A DNA stretch of 64,000 nt from a virus, in IMG/VR virus record IMGVR_UViG_3300037882_002640, positions 1-64,000 of that record; one strand, given 5' to 3'. Below are positions 59,519 to 64,000 of the stretch, one piece after another. Position numbers and translations under genes: made by a program. The first letter of the stretch is position 1, and each line of letters starts with the position of its first letter. Under the pieces are notes generated by a model. That model searched no databases. It saw only the letters and a list, made by a program, of their open reading frames with translations, and was not told the origin of the DNA.

Positions 59519-60079
59519 TTAACTTAGAATTGAAACAGGCCTTGGTCCATCCAAGTCCTCTCTTGGCAGTAGTAATTTCTGGAACTCTAAGTCCCATGAA
59601 ATATACTCCCCACCTATCAACATGGCGTTGTTAGCCACGAAGCATCTCTTTTTATCATCGAATTGGATAGGATCGCGATAATCGCTTATCTTCACTATCC
59701 CCCCTTCGATAATTAGTTTTACTGTCAACTCGTTCGCAACCTGCCACATGCAGGCCATCATAATAAAGGAGTTCCCTTCACATATTATCCTTACACTACG
59801 GTCATATAAATATCTGTAATGCTTGTCACGTACAAACCCTTCTATGTGGTTTGGCCAATTACCAATTGGGGGTTTCCCATGTGGGTAATTGAAGAAGTGT
59901 GGGATATTGGTAGAGAACCCCTCAAAGTGGGGAATGTACAGGTAGTCCATTTTACTGGTACTGTCCCCAGGTAAAATTAACTTAACACTGTATCCCAACT
60001 CTAGGAGTTTGGATATATCGGGCAACTTTAATGGGTCCACCAAGACCCCTATTGTTACCTGTGAATTATTTTTGATCAT
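59519..60079 (-). CDS. Hypothetical protein, possibly a degenerate class I glutamine amidotransferase/peptidase C26 fold
   Basis: IGVLV...GYSVKLI...MDYLYIP...RIICEGNSFIM echoes the GICRG nucleophile elbow. Confidence 0.35.
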   Translation of the reverse strand: MIKNNSQVTIGVLVDPLKLPDISKLLELGYSVKLILPGDSTSKMDYLYIPHFEGFSTNIPHFFNYPHGKPPIGNWPNHIEGFVRDKHYRYLYDRSVRIICEGNSFIMMACMWQVANELTVKLIIEGGIVKISDYRDPIQFDDKKRCFVANNAMLIGGEYISWDLEFQKLLLPREDLDGPRPVSILS

Positions 60080-60239
60080 TAGCCAGTTTCTTTAGGCGAG
60101 TCAATAACTCATACAAAAGTATGGATTTATTTTGACTGCACAAATTTATTTCCTTAAAGAAATTTTTTTTTGTGTGTTGAGGAGCAAATACTCTATGCAT
60201 GCCCTCTTCTTCTGCTATAAATATACCTAGGCGGTTCAT
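60066..60239 (-). CDS. Small hypothetical protein
   Basis: Start taken at ATG 60239 to avoid a long overlap; uncertain. Confidence 0.35.
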   Translation of the reverse strand: MNRLGIFIAEEEGMHRVFAPQHTKKNFFKEINLCSQNKSILLYELLTRLKKLANDQK

Positions 60240-60246
60240 TGCCAAT

Positions 60247-60564
60247 TCAAGCTCCCCGTAGGTACGCTGCCTGCACTTGAATCTCTTGCCTAAGCTCTTC
60301 GATTTTGCGGGTGTATACAGTGATTTGTTTTTTGGCCCTGCCATACTTGATTTTTCTTTTATTATTGTACACTGCAATATCTTGGTACTTACGAACAACC
60401 CTACGTGCTTCTACAATGATTCCATGGAACCTGTTGTGTGCTGTGTTTACTTTTTCGTAGAGAAAAACTTCTTCCTTTTCATCAGGGGTGGGGAAATCGG
60501 GGAGTGGGTCAATACCGAGGTCTTCAAACCCCTCCCCTTTCAACCATCTTCTTTTTGCGTCCAT
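60247..60564 (-). CDS. Hypothetical coiled-coil protein
   Basis: Start ATG 60564; ends at TGA 60247 (would extend to TAG 60193 if read through). Confidence 0.5.
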   Translation of the reverse strand: MDAKRRWLKGEGFEDLGIDPLPDFPTPDEKEEVFLYEKVNTAHNRFHGIIVEARRVVRKYQDIAVYNNKRKIKYGRAKKQITVYTRKIEELRQEIQVQAAYLRGA

Positions 60565-60574
60565 GGTTAGTGAA

Positions 60575-61117
60575 TTAATAGTTAATGATTTGCCCCACTT
60601 TTGGGATTTTTGGAATGGCTTCACTAGGAATCCCTAATGCCTGTAAGACTTTTCGGGTTTCTCCAGGCCTTACTACATGCGTCTTAGTAACCTTCCTTGA
60701 ATTGGATGGTAAAACGGCTGTGTACGCTATGTTACCTAGGTAAATTACTTGATTTGTTGTGTCAACCCGAACCGAATATATTTCCACCACTTTTCGTGGG
60801 AAATGATTTATTCGATATCCAACAGCCCCATCCCCTAGTGAAAATATATCCCCTTGTGATATATGAACCGTATCTAAATCGACAACAATATTCTCTGGGG
60901 TAATAAGGAACTTCTTAGGTTCCTCCACTATGGATTGATTTTCTAATATGAACTTGGTGAAGACTTCCACCTCACACTCTTCGCAGAACCCTGTAAGTTC
61001 TGGATTAGTTTGAGGAGTTGTAAACTCCTGTGGCAGGGCTTCGTTGCCACCGCATCTGGTGAGCAGTATAAGTAGTAATACCAGAATTGTTCTGGCGTAA
61101 TAAACAATTGGTTGCAT
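60575..61117 (-). CDS. Putative lipoprotein with C-terminal LysM-like domain
   Basis: ILVLLLILLTR-CGG lipobox-like; C-terminal HVVRPGET...PKVGQII. Confidence 0.55.
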   Translation of the reverse strand: MQPIVYYARTILVLLLILLTRCGGNEALPQEFTTPQTNPELTGFCEECEVEVFTKFILENQSIVEEPKKFLITPENIVVDLDTVHISQGDIFSLGDGAVGYRINHFPRKVVEIYSVRVDTTNQVIYLGNIAYTAVLPSNSRKVTKTHVVRPGETRKVLQALGIPSEAIPKIPKVGQIINY

Positions 61118-61563
61118 AAATTTTTAGGTGATGCCAAGAGAGCGGCGATTTGTATATGGTCGCTCCCTTGAAGGTTATCGAAATTTATTTTTAGTAGGTC
61201 TGAGGATGCAAAGTTAGGGTTTTCTTCCATGGCTCGCTTTATTGCTACTGGAAAATAATTATTCAGTTTTTCCCTGCAAAGCAACTCGTTTGCCAATTCC
61301 TGTTCCATCCTAGGCATCCGTGTACACCATAATGGGCAATATTTATCCCGTAACAGGGAAGTGTATGCTACTTCTCTACTAAAAATAGTAGTGCAGCGGA
61401 TTTCCCACATCTTTTTACCCTTATTGAGGACCATAATCGATGGGCCATAGGAACTCCCGTCTTCATACTTAAATTCAGGGGTAGCGTGCACAAAGTATCG
61501 GCTAGACCCTGTGTTAGATTGTAGTTCTACTTTATATGTAGGACCTGTATCGGTATTCTCCAT
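60943..61563 (-). CDS. Hypothetical protein
   Basis: 206 aa; the last 175 nt overlap the next gene. Confidence 0.5.
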   Translation of the reverse strand: MENTDTGPTYKVELQSNTGSSRYFVHATPEFKYEDGSSYGPSIMVLNKGKKMWEIRCTTIFSREVAYTSLLRDKYCPLWCTRMPRMEQELANELLCREKLNNYFPVAIKRAMEENPNFASSDLLKINFDNLQGSDHIQIAALLASPKNLCNQLFITPEQFWYYYLYCSPDAVATKPCHRSLQLLKLIQNLQGSAKSVRWKSSPSSY

Positions 61564-62138
61564 AGCGTTCCGTTTACTTCACACATGATTACTCGGTTTA
61601 TGTGGGAAGGTAAGCCAATTAGGGGCTCTTGGGCATTTCTGCTTATATGCTCATGTAGCCACATTTTCTTACCCCTTCTTGTCAGCTGATAACGTACAAT
61701 GATTTCAAACATAGACACCGCGTATTGCGGAGCCAGAAAATCCATCATTCTACCTACATCAGCCTCGAAGTACTTGATTTCGTCGTCTACCTCTATTTGT
61801 TCTTTATCTCCCACCATTTGGTGATGGTATCTGTTATTCCACTTATATATGATTAAATCACACTTTGACTCCTCATCTCTGAAGACGTTAGGGCCAAATA
61901 GTGGTTTTAACATGTAATCTTCTGCATAGTCTTTATGGTACAACGCGTAGTACATTGGATGTAGATGGTTCCAATATATGCAGAATGGGAAGATAAAACA
62001 GGGAAGTGTAAACTTAATACCATTAACAGCAACCTCAAGTATTTGAGTCTTTTCGTTTTTTGATATTATTTCTACACTTCCCTTGAATGTGGCTTCTCTA
62101 GGCAGTTGGACCGCTGCCTTTTGCTTGTGCCTGGTCAT
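61527..62138 (-). CDS. Hypothetical protein
   Basis: 203 aa ORF in the operon. Confidence 0.55.
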   Translation of the reverse strand: MTRHKQKAAVQLPREATFKGSVEIISKNEKTQILEVAVNGIKFTLPCFIFPFCIYWNHLHPMYYALYHKDYAEDYMLKPLFGPNVFRDEESKCDLIIYKWNNRYHHQMVGDKEQIEVDDEIKYFEADVGRMMDFLAPQYAVSMFEIIVRYQLTRRGKKMWLHEHISRNAQEPLIGLPSHINRVIMCEVNGTLWRIPIQVLHIK

Positions 62139-63405
62139 AGATTTCTGACAATGAGAAGGACGATACTCCTTCTGGTAAAGTTGTTACTTTACCTCCAGAT
62201 ATGAGGTTAACCACTTGCTTCGCGGCTTCCACCTTAAATTTGGTTATCTCGACTACTAGGCTTCTTCCAGGGCGATAGAAGGCTGGGCATGCCTTCTTTG
62301 CCACAGCTACATCTGTATTTGTCACAAATACATAGGATATAGAAGGAGAGGCTAATCCGTCAAGAAATTTGCACATATCCCTAATTACAGCAGACTCCAT
62401 GTTGAAGTCATCCATAATGAGTATAACTTTCTTCCCCAATCCTGCTACAAAAGCCACAAATTCGGTGTAATTTTCCGATACAGCGGTGAGTATCAACTCA
62501 CTTGCGAACACAGCTACAGTTTGATCTAGAGATCTTGCAATTGTTTTAGCAATTGTAGTTTTTCCAGTGCCAGGATGCCCAAAAAGAGTTAGGGATCGTC
62601 CCCCTCCTTGGTTCAGGTATTTAATGGCCTGATCCGTAAACACTTGGGGGTCCATCTCTGTACCTCCCATTAGAATGGGGGCATAGTACTCCATTCGTGT
62701 CTCTGTATTAATTACAGATAGTGGGTTGAGCTTGAAGCCCCCCGTATAACTTAGCGCATATAAAGGAGCAGAAGTGCCATACTGACGTTGTACTTTGAAT
62801 TTATCGAATTCCTTGAAATGAACACGCATTACGTCGATACACTCGTCGTTGCAATTCACCAGACTAAAGGCCACTTGAACTTTACAAACGGATGGGACGG
62901 AAACTCCGTCTTTAACGAATATATTTGGAGCACTTTGGTCTTCGGTAACCTCTAAGATTACTTGCTGCCCGTTCACCTCCCAAGAATAATAAGAAACTGC
63001 CCCCCTATCCGTTTCGCTACGGTGGTGCATTGTTTTTGGCTGAGCATTGACCCATGCCATCACATCAGATGTTGAGAGGAAATCATCCCCTATCTGCTTA
63101 AAAAATACAGACGTGTTGGGGAATAGTACCCCAGCATACCCCTTAAGGCCGTTGGCAACTACTGAGACCATTAGTTCGTTTGTTAACGACCTCTGGGCCA
63201 AGGCTTTTAAGCCATTGGTTACTGTGCGTAGGGCACTTGTAGCCACAGCTACTTCTTCAACAGCAGCGGTTACCTCTGCAACCGCCTCTACCTTTGCTTG
63301 GCTGGCCGCTTTATGGTTAAGGTTCATGTTGACAACCACAACCACCAAAACGATGAGAAGGGATGCCATCAGCCATAGCGCACCAGTGATGGATAGTAAT
63401 ATCAT
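62098..63405 (-). CDS. Membrane-anchored AAA+ ATPase
   Basis: N-terminal TM; GHPGTGKT, ILIMDD, FVTN, RPGR arginine finger. Confidence 0.8.
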   Translation of the reverse strand: MILLSITGALWLMASLLIVLVVVVVNMNLNHKAASQAKVEAVAEVTAAVEEVAVATSALRTVTNGLKALAQRSLTNELMVSVVANGLKGYAGVLFPNTSVFFKQIGDDFLSTSDVMAWVNAQPKTMHHRSETDRGAVSYYSWEVNGQQVILEVTEDQSAPNIFVKDGVSVPSVCKVQVAFSLVNCNDECIDVMRVHFKEFDKFKVQRQYGTSAPLYALSYTGGFKLNPLSVINTETRMEYYAPILMGGTEMDPQVFTDQAIKYLNQGGGRSLTLFGHPGTGKTTIAKTIARSLDQTVAVFASELILTAVSENYTEFVAFVAGLGKKVILIMDDFNMESAVIRDMCKFLDGLASPSISYVFVTNTDVAVAKKACPAFYRPGRSLVVEITKFKVEAAKQVVNLISGGKVTTLPEGVSSFSLSEIYDQAQAKGSGPTA

Positions 63406-63407
63406 AA

Positions 63408-63737
63408 TTAAAATTTTATTGTCTCAGCAATCTTACTGAGCTTTTGAATGTTTTGTTGAAAAGTCTCGTCGTGCTCTTCTATCGGGTGCATAACACCTTC
63501 TATAACGAACACTTTGAAATCGAAATATACTGTTCCTCCTGCCAAGTATCTAAAGCGGACTATTGTCCTGTCCATCAAGTCTATGTCGACTTCGTACTCT
63601 AGTAGGGTTACCCCTACGAAAATGGTGGTGGCAGGTACCGCTATATAGTTTGCAAGCCTCACAGTATAGAGACTGCTCTGCGTGGTGAACTTACAGGCAG
63701 CACAGGCTTTGGGGCTTTCTCGTAGCCCACCTTCCAC
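63408..63737 (-). CDS. Hypothetical protein (start uncertain)
   Basis: Stop is 2 nt before the AAA start; the true start is probably downstream of 63737. Confidence 0.4.
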   Translation of the reverse strand: MEGGLRESPKACAACKFTTQSSLYTVRLANYIAVPATTIFVGVTLLEYEVDIDLMDRTIVRFRYLAGGTVYFDFKVFVIEGVMHPIEEHDETFQQNIQKLSKIAETIKF

Positions 63738-64000
63738 AGGTAGTCTTCTACTACGTATTGCAAAAGGACTCTTTGAGGGATGTCTTTAGGCGCTGGTTTG
63801 GCCTGGGTTCCACCCATCATCAGGCTGGTAAATTGGCTGTATACGTCTTTAGGTTGTACTGCCATACTCTCGTTGTAGTACCGTAATACTACAACTTCTC
63901 CAGCAAACACTGCGCTGCCGATTTCCCTGCCCGCCTTTACTATTACAAGACTAGTCAGGCCGCTGTCTATTACAGTAGATCCCCTTGTTGTCAGTATGTT
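63659..64000 (-). CDS. Hypothetical protein, 5'-truncated by the window edge
   Basis: Frame open from 64000 to TGA 63659. Confidence 0.45.
   Translation of the reverse strand, partial: NILTTRGSTVIDSGLTSLVIVKAGREIGSAVFAGEVVVLRYYNESMAVQPKDVYSQFTSLMMGGTQAKPAPKDIPQRVLLQYVVEDYLWKVGYEKAPKPVLPVSSPRRAVSIL

Noticed and set aside
1-64000. CRISPR array, integrase, IS elements, capsid/portal/terminase genes
   Set aside because: None recognised; the head and packaging genes presumably lie upstream of the window.

Overview
This is a 64 kb segment of a crAss-like (Crassvirales-type) podophage, with a probable Bacteroidota host, in two convergent arms. The + arm (22-41878) holds the late genes: four tail fibre/spike-like proteins (two with SGNH/CE6 acetylesterase domains), a small membrane-protein and DUF5675 lysis cassette, ring/IHF-like/tail-tube/tail-stabiliser genes, and four cargo/ejection proteins, including a 5264-aa virion RNA polymerase (DFDVD) fused to an SF1 helicase-like and a zincin domain. 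A bidirectional terminator sits at about 41.9 kb. The - arm holds early and replication genes. Main finding: the replication genes look fragmented in the ORF track only because of in-frame TGA codons. I found 13 in 11 genes between 46.0 and 59.4 kb, several at family-conserved Trp positions. Reading TGA as Trp restores full-length PolA, primase, DnaB, SF2 helicase, initiator, AAA recombinase, exonuclease and endonuclease. The 42-kb structural arm has no in-frame TGA and no TGA stops, while small genes flanking the replication block appear to use TGA as a stop. This suggests UGA-gated expression of the replication module, the reverse of the late-gene recoding usually reported in phages. Second finding: all four tail-fibre-like genes start with Bacteroidota-type Sec signal peptides followed by Gln. 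All product calls come from motif recognition by eye; no searches were run.
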